Shown here: in pieces, positions 45,833-55,960 of the stretch
How the letters are laid out: each line of letters opens with the position of its first letter
Numbering within the stretch: position 1 is the first letter of the stretch
Origin: Desulfuromonadales bacterium
GTDB taxonomy: Bacteria; Desulfobacterota; Desulfuromonadia; Desulfuromonadales; SZUA-540
Direction of reading: 5' to 3'
Length of the DNA: 64,000 nucleotides
NCBI GenBank assembly: GCA_033549025.1
Contig: JAWSUS010000015.1
Coordinates: 1 to 64,000 of the forward strand
The notes under the pieces: model-generated
What the model was told of the DNA's origin: nothing
Database searches by the model: none
What the model saw: only the letters and a program-made list of their open reading frames with translations
Translations under genes and position numbers: made by a program

Positions 45833-47173
45833 ATGGAAATTGAAAAAGGCGCCGGCAAAATCGCCAAGACCCTCAGGGTCATGATTCAGGACAAGCCGGG
45901 CTATCTCGGCAAACTGACGTCGGCCATCGGCATGGCCGGCAGCAATATCGGCGATATCCGCCTTGTGCGCATGGGCCGGACCCACAACACCCGTGAGATG
46001 ACGATCTACGTCGATTCGGAAGAGCAGCTGGAGAAGATCCTCGACGATATCGCCAAGGTTGAGGGCATCATCGTCGAGGAGGTCATCGACCTGGTGCACC
46101 AGCTGCACGAGGGGGGCAAGATCGCCATGAAGAGCCGGCTGCCGATCAACAGCATCGGCGACATCCGCAAGCTCTACACGCCGGGGGTCGCTTCCATCTG
46201 CCGGGATATCCAGAAGAAGCCCGAGCTGGCCTATCGCTACACGGCCATCCCCAACCAGGTCGCCATCGTCACCAACGGCACAGCCATCCTGGGCCTGGGC
46301 AACATCGGCGCGGTGGCCGGCATGCCGGTCATGGAAGGCAAGGCCGCCCTCTTCGACCGCCTCGTCAATGTCAGCGGCATCCCCATCCTCATCGAGAGCC
46401 TGGATCCGCAGGTCATCATCGACACGGTCAAAAACATCGCTCCCACCTTTGGCGCCATCAAGCTGGAAGATATCGCCGCCCCCGAGTGTTTCGCTATCGA
46501 GGACTCCCTGGACGAAGCCCTCGACATCCCGGTCATGCATGACGACCAGCACGGAACGGCGGTCGTGGTGTTGGCGGCCCTGCTCAACACCACCCATTTT
46601 TCCGGCCTCATGCTGAGCAAATCGACCATCGGCGTCATCGGCCTGGGAGCGGCGGGGATGGGCATCTCCAAGCTGCTCCTCTCCTACGGCGTCAAGAAGG
46701 TCATGGGTACCGACCTGAAGGCCGAATCGCGCGACATGCTCGAGAAGGCCGGCGGAACGGCCGGCACCCTGGCCGATGTTATGGCCGAGTCAAACATCGT
46801 CATCGCCACCACCGGCTGTCCCGGCCTCATCAAACCGTCCATGGTGCGCAAGGGGCAGGTGATCCTGGCCCTGTCCAATCCCAATCCGGAAATCACCCCG
46901 GAAGACGCCATGGCGGCCGGGGCCTCCTTCGCCGCTGACGGCAAGAGCGTCAACAACGCCCTGGGCTTTCCCGGCATCTTCCGCGGCGCCCTCAACGTGC
47001 GGGCCACCCGTATCAACAACAAAATGAAGATCGCCGCGGCCAAAGCCATCGCCGCCTGCGCCGAAGAAGGGGAACTGGTGCCTTCCATCCTGCACAAGGA
47101 AGTGCACGCCAAGGTGGCCGAGGCCGTGGAGCGGGCCGCTCTGGAGTCGGGGATCATCAAACCCTGGGAGTGA
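45833..47173 (+). CDS. NAD(P)-dependent malic enzyme with N-terminal ACT domain
   Basis: DKPGYLG ACT; YTPGVA, NGTAILGLGNIG, PVMEGKA, LEDI, HDDQHGT, GLGAAG, LSNP, NNALGFPG. Confidence 0.93.
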   Translation: MEIEKGAGKIAKTLRVMIQDKPGYLGKLTSAIGMAGSNIGDIRLVRMGRTHNTREMTIYVDSEEQLEKILDDIAKVEGIIVEEVIDLVHQLHEGGKIAMKSRLPINSIGDIRKLYTPGVASICRDIQKKPELAYRYTAIPNQVAIVTNGTAILGLGNIGAVAGMPVMEGKAALFDRLVNVSGIPILIESLDPQVIIDTVKNIAPTFGAIKLEDIAAPECFAIEDSLDEALDIPVMHDDQHGTAVVVLAALLNTTHFSGLMLSKSTIGVIGLGAAGMGISKLLLSYGVKKVMGTDLKAESRDMLEKAGGTAGTLADVMAESNIVIATTGCPGLIKPSMVRKGQVILALSNPNPEITPEDAMAAGASFAADGKSVNNALGFPGIFRGALNVRATRINNKMKIAAAKAIAACAEEGELVPSILHKEVHAKVAEAVERAALESGIIKPWE

Positions 47174-47202
47174 TCGGATTGAGACAACTGAATAGGGGCT
47201 AG

Positions 47203-47226
47203 AAAAAGGGGCGTTGCGCCCCTTTT
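47203..47226. terminator. Bidirectional terminator
   Basis: aaaaaggggcg-ttg-cgcccctttt between convergent genes. Confidence 0.7.
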
Positions 47227-47256
47227 CATTTTAACGCGTCGGCGTGCGCCGGCCGG

Positions 47257-47751
47257 TTAAAGCCGCGCCACCGTGTAGCGGCCGAAATCCAGGGGCTCGG
47301 CCAGGGGAAGGGGCGATTTGTTGGCATACAGGGCCGTGACCCTGCCGCTGAGCACGTCCTGCCCGTAACGGCTGTTCACCTCGGTCTGGTCGCATACCAG
47401 TTGCACCGGGCACTCCTCGATGGCCGCCACCGCCATAAACCGGTCCTGCCAGGGCGTCAGCCCCGGGGCGCTCTCCATGTCGGGGTTTTTCGTCATCAGC
47501 CAGTGGATCAGCGGCGACGAATCGAGCAGGGAATCGGGGGGAAGATTGACCACGAACCGGGACGATCCCTGCATCAGCGGCCGAGCTGCACAGCCGTGTC
47601 GAAAAGCCAGGGTCAAGCGTGGCGGGTCACACCAGACGATCCCCATCCAGGGGGAGGGAAGCAGGCAGGTTTTACCCTGGGGACCGTCAAAAGTGACCAG
47701 GGCCGCCGGGGTCGGATAGAAGGCCGGGTCAAGCGCTGAAATACTGGACAT
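47257..47751 (-). CDS. Flavin reductase-like (split-barrel) protein
   Basis: YPTPAALVT, W.G....PP, FVVNLP, AIEECPV.L.C. Confidence 0.7.
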   Translation of the reverse strand: MSSISALDPAFYPTPAALVTFDGPQGKTCLLPSPWMGIVWCDPPRLTLAFRHGCAARPLMQGSSRFVVNLPPDSLLDSSPLIHWLMTKNPDMESAPGLTPWQDRFMAVAAIEECPVQLVCDQTEVNSRYGQDVLSGRVTALYANKSPLPLAEPLDFGRYTVARL

Positions 47752-47835
47752 GAGCTTGCTCCAAAAGTCTCTAAAACTTCTATGTAATGGAAAATCAAAA
47801 AATCACCCTGATCAAGGGAGAATTTCGCTTAATTC

Positions 47836-47864
47836 TTGACACGGGCTATAAGCTTTACGATAAT
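47836..47864 (+). promoter_or_regulatory. Sigma70 promoter of the Rrf2-cysK operon
   Basis: TTGACA, 17 nt, GATAAT. Confidence 0.6.
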
Positions 47865-47894
47865 CGGCCATCACACTTTACAAGGAGATTTCCC

Positions 47895-48362
47895 GTGAAG
47901 CTATCGACCAAAGGACGTTATGGAGTCAGAGCCCTTTTCGACATGGCCTATCATTCCGGCGCCCTTCCCACTCAGATCAAGGATATTTCCCGGCGGCAGG
48001 ACATTTCGCCCCGTTATCTCGAACAGATTTTTCAGGACCTTAAAAAAGCGGGCTTGCTCAAAAGCAAGCGCGGCCCCCAAGGGGGGTATGTGCTCTCCCG
48101 CAAGCCGGAAGAGATTCGCGTCAGCGATATCATCCTGGCCACGGAAGGGGAGCTCTTTCTGGTCTCCTGCACCAAGGCGACCGATGACTGCCACGGCAAA
48201 TGCGATTTCGACGGCCAGTGCGTAACCCAGAGCATCTGGTCGGAAGCCAACCGCCTCCTTAACGAGTATTTTGCCTCCCTGACCCTCAAGGACCTCTGCG
48301 ATAAGGCCAAGGACATGGGGATGGAAAAAGAACTCGATCACCGGTTCATGTATTTTATCTGA
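47895..48362 (+). CDS. Rrf2 family (IscR/CymR-like) regulator with Cys cluster
   Basis: [30 protein letters not shown]-terminal MYFI; GTG start after aaggag. Confidence 0.92.
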   Translation: MKLSTKGRYGVRALFDMAYHSGALPTQIKDISRRQDISPRYLEQIFQDLKKAGLLKSKRGPQGGYVLSRKPEEIRVSDIILATEGELFLVSCTKATDDCHGKCDFDGQCVTQSIWSEANRLLNEYFASLTLKDLCDKAKDMGMEKELDHRFMYFI

Positions 48363-48402
48363 TTCTCCCGCGTTCACCACCCCCACGGCCAAGGAATTTA
48401 TC

Positions 48403-49323
48403 ATGCCCACCGTTTTGAGCGAAAATTCTCTGGGACAAATCGGCAACACGCCCTTGGTACGCCTGACCAAGCTGACGGACGCCAGCAGCGCCACCGTCTG
48501 GGGCAAAATGGAAGGACTCAACCCGGGCGGCAGCGTCAAGGACCGCATTGCTCTGGCCATGGTCGAAGCGGCCGAGGCAGCGGGCAAAATCCGCCCCGGC
48601 GACACCCTGATCGAGCCGACCAGCGGCAATACGGGCATCGGCCTGTCCCTGGTCTGCGCTGTCAAGGGCTATCGTCTGGTTTTAACCATGCCCGAAACCA
48701 TGAGCATAGAGCGCCGCCGCCTGCTGAGCGCCTACGGGGCCGAGCTCGTTTTGACCCCGGGCAACCTCGGCATGCGCGGCGCCATCGACAAGGCGGAAGA
48801 GTTGGCTGCACGCCAGGGCACCTTCATGCTGCAGCAATTTAAAAACCCGGCCAACCCCCGCGTCCACGAGCAGACGACCGGCCCCGAAATCGTTGAGGCC
48901 CTGGCCGGAAAGGTCGATGCCTTTGTGGCCGGCGTCGGCACCGGCGGCACCATCACCGGCGTCGGCCGCGTTCTGCGCCGGCACAACCCGGGCGTGCACA
49001 TTGTCGCTGTGGAACCGGCGGACTCCCCCGTGCTTTCCGGCGGCGACCCCGGCCCCCACATGATCCAGGGCATCGGCGCCGGCTTCATTCCCGACACCCT
49101 TGACACCGCGATCTACAATGAAATTCTGCCGGTCAGCAACGAGGAAGCCACGAATACGGCCCGCCGCCTGGCCCGGGAGGAAGGTCTTTTTACCGGCATC
49201 TCGGCCGGAGCCAACGTCTATGCCGCCATGCAGGTGGCGCGCCGCCTGGGAACGGGCAAGAACGTGGTGACCATTCTCTGCGATACAGGCGAACGCTACC
49301 TCTCCACCGGCATCTTCGACTAG
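48403..49323 (+). CDS. cysK: Cysteine synthase A
   Basis: [42 protein letters not shown]. Confidence 0.95.
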   Translation: MPTVLSENSLGQIGNTPLVRLTKLTDASSATVWGKMEGLNPGGSVKDRIALAMVEAAEAAGKIRPGDTLIEPTSGNTGIGLSLVCAVKGYRLVLTMPETMSIERRRLLSAYGAELVLTPGNLGMRGAIDKAEELAARQGTFMLQQFKNPANPRVHEQTTGPEIVEALAGKVDAFVAGVGTGGTITGVGRVLRRHNPGVHIVAVEPADSPVLSGGDPGPHMIQGIGAGFIPDTLDTAIYNEILPVSNEEATNTARRLAREEGLFTGISAGANVYAAMQVARRLGTGKNVVTILCDTGERYLSTGIFD

Positions 49324-49376
49324 CAACGCCCTCCCCTGTCCGCTGAAGAAGACAGGCGGAGCATCATCAATCCACC

Positions 49377-49402
49377 AGGCCGGGCATCCCCGGCCTTTTT
49401 AT
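49377..49402 (+). terminator. Intrinsic terminator after cysK
   Basis: aggccggg-catc-cccggcct plus T-tract. Confidence 0.7.
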
Positions 49403-49438
49403 TAACCTGTCGCCTTTTAGACGCCCAAAGGATGGAAG

Positions 49439-50260
49439 ATGCCTGAAATGGCACCGTACACCCGTTTGCTGGCCAAACTGACCCCCATGAGCCGCGTGGC
49501 GGTCGCTTTTTCCGGGGGAGTCGATTCGACCCTGCTGCTGCACGCGTCCGTCGAAGCCCTGGGCGTGGTCAACGTGCTGGCGATAACCGCCTCTGCGGAC
49601 GCTTTCCCCCAGGAAGAACTGGGCTTTTGCCAGGCTTTCACAGCCGCCAGGGGCATCCGCCATCACTTGATCCACCTCGACCCGCTGGCGCGAGAGGAGG
49701 TCAGAACCAACGATCCCCGGCGCTGTTATTTCTGCAAGCAGTTCATCTTTACCCATTGCCTTCAGATCGCGCAAGACGCCGGCTTCGACCTGCTGATCGA
49801 TGGCACCAACGCCGACGACGCCCTCGACTATCGACCGGGGACCCAGGCTGCCCGTGAACTGGGTGTGCGCTCTCCCCTGGAGGAGGCCGGCCTGGGCAAA
49901 GACACTATTCGTGACCTGAGCCGCCAGGCGGGATTGCCGGGCTGGGACAAGCCGCCGCTGACCTGCTACCTGACCCGCTTCCCCTACGGCACGACCATTA
50001 CCGCAGAGCGCCTCCAGCAGGTCCGCCGCTGCGAGGAATTCCTGGCCAGCCGCAACTTCAGGGGCTTCAGGGTACGCTACCATGGTGAGGTGGCGCGCCT
50101 TGAACTCAATCCGGACGATTTTCGCCGACTGCTCGATCCGGCCCTGCGCGGCGAGATTGTCGCCACCTGTCGACAAAACGGCTTTACCTACGTGGCCCTC
50201 GACCTGGAGGGATACCGTCAGGGGAGCCTGAACCCGGCCGGTCTATCAGCCACCTTGTAA
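49439..50260 (+). CDS. larE: ATP-dependent sulfur transferase LarE family (PP-loop)
   Basis: AFSGGVDS, RCYFCK, DGTNADD..DYRPG, SPL, CYLTRFPYG, RVRYHG, LDLEGYR.GSLN. Confidence 0.9.
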   Translation: MPEMAPYTRLLAKLTPMSRVAVAFSGGVDSTLLLHASVEALGVVNVLAITASADAFPQEELGFCQAFTAARGIRHHLIHLDPLAREEVRTNDPRRCYFCKQFIFTHCLQIAQDAGFDLLIDGTNADDALDYRPGTQAARELGVRSPLEEAGLGKDTIRDLSRQAGLPGWDKPPLTCYLTRFPYGTTITAERLQQVRRCEEFLASRNFRGFRVRYHGEVARLELNPDDFRRLLDPALRGEIVATCRQNGFTYVALDLEGYRQGSLNPAGLSATL

Positions 50261-50273
50261 TTTTTACAGGAGA

Positions 50274-50705
50274 GTGCCCGTGCATCGAACCCGTGCCCTG
50301 CTAGCCGTCTGCGCCTGCGCTGGCCTGATCGGCGCCTTTGTCGTCAGCCTCCTTTTGGGGGTTTTACCCAGGGGGGAGCTGCTCCCCACGGCAGAACTCT
50401 TCCTGCATGATCCCCTCTCCCCCGAATGGCTCTACCCCCGGCTGCTGCGAGGCGGTGCCTGGGCCCTGCTCTTCTTCGTGACCGTCGCCTCGCCACGCCA
50501 GCGCCGCCACTGGATCCGCAAGGCGCTCTGGGTCAGCCTGATACCCGCTGCCTGGCAGCTGCTGTATGTCTTTCCGAAGCTCACCCCTTACGGCCTGTTC
50601 GGGCTCCAGCTCGGCATCGCCGCACCCTTTTTCGTGCTGCTGATCCACTTGATCTGGGGCTTCTTTACCGGCCTGTTCGCCCGGCTGCTGTGGGGGCGGC
50701 CATGA
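50274..50705 (+). CDS. Hypothetical membrane protein (about 4 TM)
   Basis: aggag RBS, GTG start, hydrophobic segments, 4-nt overlap with the next gene. Confidence 0.7.
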   Translation: MPVHRTRALLAVCACAGLIGAFVVSLLLGVLPRGELLPTAELFLHDPLSPEWLYPRLLRGGAWALLFFVTVASPRQRRHWIRKALWVSLIPAAWQLLYVFPKLTPYGLFGLQLGIAAPFFVLLIHLIWGFFTGLFARLLWGRP

Positions 50706-51232
50706 GATTCTCCCGACTTTCCCTGAAATCCGGGGTCTTCCTGATCTTTCTACTGACGAGCCTGCTAGTGGGGATGCAGAAGCGGCCAGACCCTCCGCCC
50801 ACCGCCACCGGCCTCAGCGGCACCGTCGAGTGGGTTTACGACGGCGACACCCTGAAGGTAGCCGGCATCGGCAAGGTGCGCCTGCTCGGTATTGATACGC
50901 CGGAGCATGAGGATTCCTCCCGCGACCGCGGCTTCACCCGCTTGGGCGTCCCCGCCAAAAACCTGCGACCCATGGCCAAGGCCGCCCTGCAGCACAACAT
51001 CGCCCTCGTCAAGAACCGCACTGTGCGCCTGATTACCGAAGAGGAAGAACGCGACCGCTACGGGCGTCTGCTGGCCTACGTCTACCTGGAGGACGGTACC
51101 GAGCTCAACCGCCTCCTGCTCGAAAAAGGGCTGGCCGTAGTCTATAGACGCTTCAGTTTCGCCCACAAAAAGGATTTCCTGCAGGCCGAAAAGGCCGCCC
51201 GCCAGGCCGGACTCGGCCTCTGGGCACCCTAG
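50702..51232 (+). CDS. Thermonuclease (SNase) family protein
   Basis: DGDT, VRLLGIDTPE, DRYGRLLAYV, A+..GLGLW; N-terminal hydrophobic anchor. Confidence 0.9.
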   Translation: MRFSRLSLKSGVFLIFLLTSLLVGMQKRPDPPPTATGLSGTVEWVYDGDTLKVAGIGKVRLLGIDTPEHEDSSRDRGFTRLGVPAKNLRPMAKAALQHNIALVKNRTVRLITEEEERDRYGRLLAYVYLEDGTELNRLLLEKGLAVVYRRFSFAHKKDFLQAEKAARQAGLGLWAP

Positions 51233-51299
51233 CCCTGGCCTTGCATTCCCCCGGTGTATCTGCTAAGAAAAGCCCCTAACCACACACCGGGAGTGACTC

Positions 51300-52418
51300 A
51301 TGGAAACCCTGCAGACCCTCTTTGACCAGCATGTCTTCGGCATCGGTCTCGGCCGCTACGCCACGGCCTTCGGCATCCTGCTGGCGGCCCTGATTCTCCG
51401 CCGCATCGCCGACCACCTGTTCAACCGCTTTCTCGTGCCGCTGGCCGCAAAATCCGCCAACCCCTACGACGACCTGACTTTGCAGAGCCTGCGCAAGCCC
51501 GGCACCTTTCTCGTCACCCTCGTCGGCCTCTTTCTGGCGGTCCAGGTTCTGCAGCTGCCGGTGGAGCCGATGGATGTCCGCCGCTTCGCCCACGCCCTGC
51601 TCAAAGTGCTCATCACCTTCGACATCGCCTGGGCCCTGTTCAATCTGGTCAGCGTGCTCGAAGCCTATCTATCCAAGTTGGCCCACCACACCGACTCGAC
51701 CCTGGACGACAACCTGCTCCCCTTCGTCCGCAAGAGTCTGCGGGTCTTTATCGTCTTCATGGCCATCCTCATGGCCGTGCAAAACCTCGGCTACTCCATC
51801 TCGGGGCTGCTCGCCTCCCTCGGCATCGGCGGCGTCGCCGTGGCCCTGGCCGCCAAGGACACGCTCTCCAACATCTTCGGCTCCTTCATGATTATCCTCG
51901 ACCGCCCCTTTGGCATCGGCGACTGGATCAAGGCGGGGGACATGGAGGGGACCGTCGAAGAGGTCGGCTTCCGCTCTACCAAAATCCGCACCTTCGCCCA
52001 GACGCTGATCGCCGTCCCCAACAACATCATCGCCAACATGCCCCTCGACAACTTCAGCCGCATGCCCAAGCGCCGCATCAAGATGACCGTCGGCGTCACC
52101 TACGAGACCACCCCCGCCCAGCTGCGCGAGGCGGTGGAGCGCATCCGCGCGTTGCTGCGCCGCCATCCGGCCATCGACCAGGAGTTCTTCCTCGTCAACT
52201 TCACCGACTTCGGCGCTTCCTCCCTCGACATCATGGTCTACTGCTTCACCAACACGACGGTCTGGGCCGACTATCTCGACGCCCGCCAGGACGTCTGTCT
52301 GCAGGTCATGGATATCCTCGAAGATATGGGCCTGGAGATCGCCTTCCCCAGCCGCAGCGTCTATCTACGCGGCAAGGAAGAGGACGGCCTGCCCGCCCCG
52401 GCCGACGCCGAGGCCTGA
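51300..52418 (+). CDS. MscS-family mechanosensitive channel
   Basis: GIGGVAVALAAKDTLSN, DRPF.IGDWI, GFRST, FGASSL, IAFPS. Confidence 0.92.
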   Translation: METLQTLFDQHVFGIGLGRYATAFGILLAALILRRIADHLFNRFLVPLAAKSANPYDDLTLQSLRKPGTFLVTLVGLFLAVQVLQLPVEPMDVRRFAHALLKVLITFDIAWALFNLVSVLEAYLSKLAHHTDSTLDDNLLPFVRKSLRVFIVFMAILMAVQNLGYSISGLLASLGIGGVAVALAAKDTLSNIFGSFMIILDRPFGIGDWIKAGDMEGTVEEVGFRSTKIRTFAQTLIAVPNNIIANMPLDNFSRMPKRRIKMTVGVTYETTPAQLREAVERIRALLRRHPAIDQEFFLVNFTDFGASSLDIMVYCFTNTTVWADYLDARQDVCLQVMDILEDMGLEIAFPSRSVYLRGKEEDGLPAPADAEA

Positions 52419-52422
52419 GACG

Positions 52423-52461
52423 AAAAAGAGCGGAAAGCCAGCCTGGCTTTCCGCTCTTTTT
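52423..52461. terminator. Bidirectional terminator; first copy of the agagcgga(a)agcc repeat
   Basis: aaaaagagcggaaagcca/tggctttccgctcttttt stem. Confidence 0.75.
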
Positions 52462-52855
52462 CAAGATACCGCTACCGCCTCTCCCTGTCTCGCCCCCTCA
52501 CCACCCCTCGCATAACCCTGGCATTGAAATGCCCTTACCACCTGTTACTATCTACATAATGCGGGACCGCTACATGCCTATTTCCTCTATTTATCCCGAA
52601 GTTCCCGACATCTTTTAAAGTTTCAAACGTGCGCACAGGAAAACCTCGTCGCCTTCGTTGGGGTTCACGCATCCCCCTTCTGAGTCATCTCCGAGAGAGA
52701 GACACCCCGGGCGAAACAAAGAAACGCCCGAGAATATTTTTCCCCCCAGAGGATGAATTTCGGTCTCTTTCGTCTTTCCAGCTCAATAACCCAGTCTTTT
52801 GGCTTGTTCTCTTCATGACATGCGTCTTAAATCGACATTAAACCTGGAGGATTTC

Positions 52856-53722
52856 ATGACGTCATACACTTCCGCTATTTCGGAGAGGCTGGAAGATTTT
52901 CTCGGGCCCCAGGTGGTGGGCCAACTGCTCACTGAATGGACCATCAAACTCGTCGTGGCCCTGGTAATACTTATCGTTTTTTATACCCTGTGGCGAATAG
53001 TACAGGGACTGATGCGTGCTACCTTTCGGCGAAAGATGGATGAAACGAGCTTTTCCTTTCTTGAAACAATCGTTAAATTCGCCCTCCTGACAATCGGTTT
53101 CATTACAGCCCTGGACTCTGCAGGCATCAAAACTTCGGCCTTGTTGACATCTCTGGGCATTGTCGGATTGACCATCGGCTTTGCCGCCCGCGATGCCTTG
53201 TCCAACCTTATCTCGGGAATCCTGATTTTCGTTGACCGCCCCTTCGTTCTTGGGGATCTGGTTGAAATCGAGGGGGTATATGGACGGGTCGAACGGATCA
53301 CCCTGCGTTCGACCCGGGTGGTGACTTCCGACGGCCGCATGCTGGCCGTGCCGAATACCCAGGTCATCAACAAGACCGTTGCTTCCTATACCAACTTTCC
53401 ACACCTGCGCATTGATGTGAAGGTCACGGTCGGGGTCCTGGAGGATTTAGACCACATCCGCGGGCTATTACTGGCACTGGTACAGGACGATCCGGCCTTC
53501 ATGACCAGTCCCGCTCCGCGCGTGGTCGTCACAGAACTGAACGATTACAATGTGGCGGTGGAACTGCAGGCCTGGCTCGATGATGAAAAAAGGCATGTCG
53601 AAAAACGTTTCGAGCTCCGGGAAAAGGCTTTCAAGACTCTTAATCAGGCAGGGGTGGAATTGCCCTTTGAAACCCTCAAGCTCCAGCCCCTGGATGTCAC
53701 TCTGGTGGGTTCCAAATCATGA
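52856..53722 (+). CDS. MscS-family mechanosensitive channel (short type)
   Basis: GLTIGFAARDALSN, DRPF..GD, LRSTR, VPN; ggagg RBS before ATG 52856. Confidence 0.9.
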   Translation: MTSYTSAISERLEDFLGPQVVGQLLTEWTIKLVVALVILIVFYTLWRIVQGLMRATFRRKMDETSFSFLETIVKFALLTIGFITALDSAGIKTSALLTSLGIVGLTIGFAARDALSNLISGILIFVDRPFVLGDLVEIEGVYGRVERITLRSTRVVTSDGRMLAVPNTQVINKTVASYTNFPHLRIDVKVTVGVLEDLDHIRGLLLALVQDDPAFMTSPAPRVVVTELNDYNVAVELQAWLDDEKRHVEKRFELREKAFKTLNQAGVELPFETLKLQPLDVTLVGSKS

Positions 53723-53752
53723 ACCTTTGGGAAACGTCCTGCTTGGTCGACA

Positions 53753-53789
53753 AAGCAGAGCGGAAGCCAGCACGGCCTCCGCTCTGCTT
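53753..53789. repeat. Hairpin; second copy of the agagcggaagcc repeat
   Basis: aagcagagcgga/tccgctctgctt stem between convergent genes. Confidence 0.55.
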
Positions 53790-53833
53790 CGCTGCACTCA
53801 AATGGTCGCTTTCACCTTCCCCCTCCAGCCGTT

Positions 53834-55186
53834 TCACTCCTCCTCGCCTGACGGCCAGATGCGCTTAAAGGCCGTCTGCGGGAAAAAACAGACAGGGCAC
53901 TGCTCCGGGGCCTCGTCGCCATAATGGACATGCCCGCACATCCGGCAACGCCAGGCTTCAGAAGAGCCTTCGGCAGAGGACGCCGGATTCAGATCCATCC
54001 CTCGCATCAAGGGGAGCTGATCGAGGGCAGGCATGGCAGGGACGTACTTCTCCAGGGCATGGCCGGCGAGGACTATTCGCTGAACTTCGCTGGTCCCCTC
54101 GTAAATGGTGAATAGCCGGACATCCCGCAACAGTTTCTCGAGGGGGAACAGCCGGGTATACCCGTAGCCGCCAAAGATCTGCAGGGCCTCGTTCACCACC
54201 TCCATGGCCGTTTCCGTCGCCACCATCTTGGCTATTGAGGCCGAAATGGTAGGGTCGTGCCCACGATCGGCCTCCCAGGCCGCTTTCCAGACAAGCAGTC
54301 GGGCCGTCTCCACCTTCTGGAACATCTCGGCGATTTTGAACTGGATGGCCTGAAAGTTGGCCAGCGGCGCTCCGAAAGCCTGGCGTTTTTTGGCGTAGTC
54401 GATGGCGTATTCCATGGCCGAACGGGCAGCTCCTACGGCAAAGGCACCGATAACGGGTCGCGTCCGGGCGAAGGTCTTCATGGCCAGGGCAAACCCCTCG
54501 CCCGGCGGGGCGATGACATTGCGCCGGGGTACGCGGACATTGCGGAAGTGAAGTCCCGCCGTATTGGAGCAGCGTTGTCCCAGTTTGGGGATGTGTTCTC
54601 CGACCTCAACCCCCGCCCAGGATTTTTCCACCAGAAAAGCACCGATTCCTTTGTGACCCGCCTGGGGGTCGGCGGTAGCGAACACGGTCATGTAATCCGC
54701 GATGCCGCCATTGGTGATCCAGAACTTGGTGCCGTTTAAAAGGAAGTCGTCGCCATCGGGTCTCGCCTGACAGCGCATACCCGCGACATTGGAGCCCATG
54801 GTTGGCTCTGAGGTGGCAAAGCAGATGTACTTACCCTCTTCCAGGATCCGCCTGAAATATTCCTTTTTCAGCGCCTCGTTCCGGCAAAGAAGAAGGGGCT
54901 CGAACCCGAGGGAGTTGTCGAAGACGGACGTGGCCACGCCGGGGCAGGCCGCGGCGATCTCCTCGGAGATCAGAACGCTTTCCAGGATGCCGAGCCCCAG
55001 GCCGCCGTACTCAACCGGAATGTCGTGATTTAGAAAACCTTCCTCCCGTGCCCTTTCAAGCAGAAAGAGGGGGATCTCGTCACGCTCATCGTAATGCCAG
55101 GAAGCCGGCAGAACCTCCGTGCGGGCAAACTTCCTCGCCCTGATCCGGAGCTCCTCCTGGGCGGCAGACAGCGAAAAATTCATCAT
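53834..55186 (-). CDS. Acyl-CoA dehydrogenase with C-terminal rubredoxin-like domain
   Basis: SEP..GS, NGTKFWITNG, RQAFG, QIFGGYGY, IYEGTSEVQR; tail WRCRMCG...PEQCPVC. Confidence 0.92.
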   Translation of the reverse strand: MMNFSLSAAQEELRIRARKFARTEVLPASWHYDERDEIPLFLLERAREEGFLNHDIPVEYGGLGLGILESVLISEEIAAACPGVATSVFDNSLGFEPLLLCRNEALKKEYFRRILEEGKYICFATSEPTMGSNVAGMRCQARPDGDDFLLNGTKFWITNGGIADYMTVFATADPQAGHKGIGAFLVEKSWAGVEVGEHIPKLGQRCSNTAGLHFRNVRVPRRNVIAPPGEGFALAMKTFARTRPVIGAFAVGAARSAMEYAIDYAKKRQAFGAPLANFQAIQFKIAEMFQKVETARLLVWKAAWEADRGHDPTISASIAKMVATETAMEVVNEALQIFGGYGYTRLFPLEKLLRDVRLFTIYEGTSEVQRIVLAGHALEKYVPAMPALDQLPLMRGMDLNPASSAEGSSEAWRCRMCGHVHYGDEAPEQCPVCFFPQTAFKRIWPSGEEE

Positions 55187-55406
55187 GAAAACTCCTTCGA
55201 AGGTGAGTCAGAAGGGCCAGGTCTCAACCGCCTACAAACCCAAAGAGTGACTTCTGCAGAGCGTGCGAGACGCTCCCAACACCATGACAAACCACATCAC
55301 GGGTAGATTCACCTTGAACAAGAAGCCACTACCGCTAAACCGCTTACCCGCAAATAGAGCGGAAGCCGGCGAGCCACCACTCAAGCTGCAGTCAACACAG
55401 CACTTT

Positions 55407-55850
55407 CTATTTCACCTCCACCTCGATCTGGCGGGGCTGGTCGCTTGATTTCTTGGGAAGGACGACCTTGAGGACGCCCTTGTCGCAGCGGGCGCTGATG
55501 CGCTCCTGGTCGATGGTGGCGGGCAGGGAGAAGCTGCGGCGGAAGCTGCCGTAGCTGCGTTCAATGCGGTGGTAGTTCTGCTGTTTCTCCTTGCGTTCCA
55601 GTTCGCGGCGGCCGCTGATGACCAGGGTGCCTTCTTCAAGGGTGACGTCGATGTCCTTCTGGTCGATCTCGGGGACTTCCATCTTGACCACCACCTCCGC
55701 ATCGTCCTCGTAGATGTCGACGGCGGGGTGCCAGCTGCCGCTCTCCACCGGTTCGCCCTGACTGCGCTGGCGGCTCAGCTCGAACAGGCGGTTCATCTGC
55801 TCCTGCATCAGCTGCAGTTCCTGCAGCGGATTCCATTTGCCCGTGGCCAT
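55407..55850 (-). CDS. Hsp20/alpha-crystallin small heat-shock protein
   Basis: PAVDIYE, ERSYGSFRRSF.LP, A...GVL.V.LPK. Confidence 0.95.
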   Translation of the reverse strand: MATGKWNPLQELQLMQEQMNRLFELSRQRSQGEPVESGSWHPAVDIYEDDAEVVVKMEVPEIDQKDIDVTLEEGTLVISGRRELERKEKQQNYHRIERSYGSFRRSFSLPATIDQERISARCDKGVLKVVLPKKSSDQPRQIEVEVK

Positions 55851-55960
55851 GATCCTCTCCTTCCGGGGGGTTGCCCGGCCTCAGAACACAGCGGCCGGCT
55901 TTTTGCGCTAGATTAACAAAAAACCGGCCGCGTGCAATGGAGAATTCCTTGCCAGGGTAC

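Noticed and set aside
52628..52735. c-di-GMP-I (GEMM) riboswitch (gcacaggaaaacc)
   Set aside because: Lacks the GNRA tetraloop/receptor and the GACGCAAAG core.
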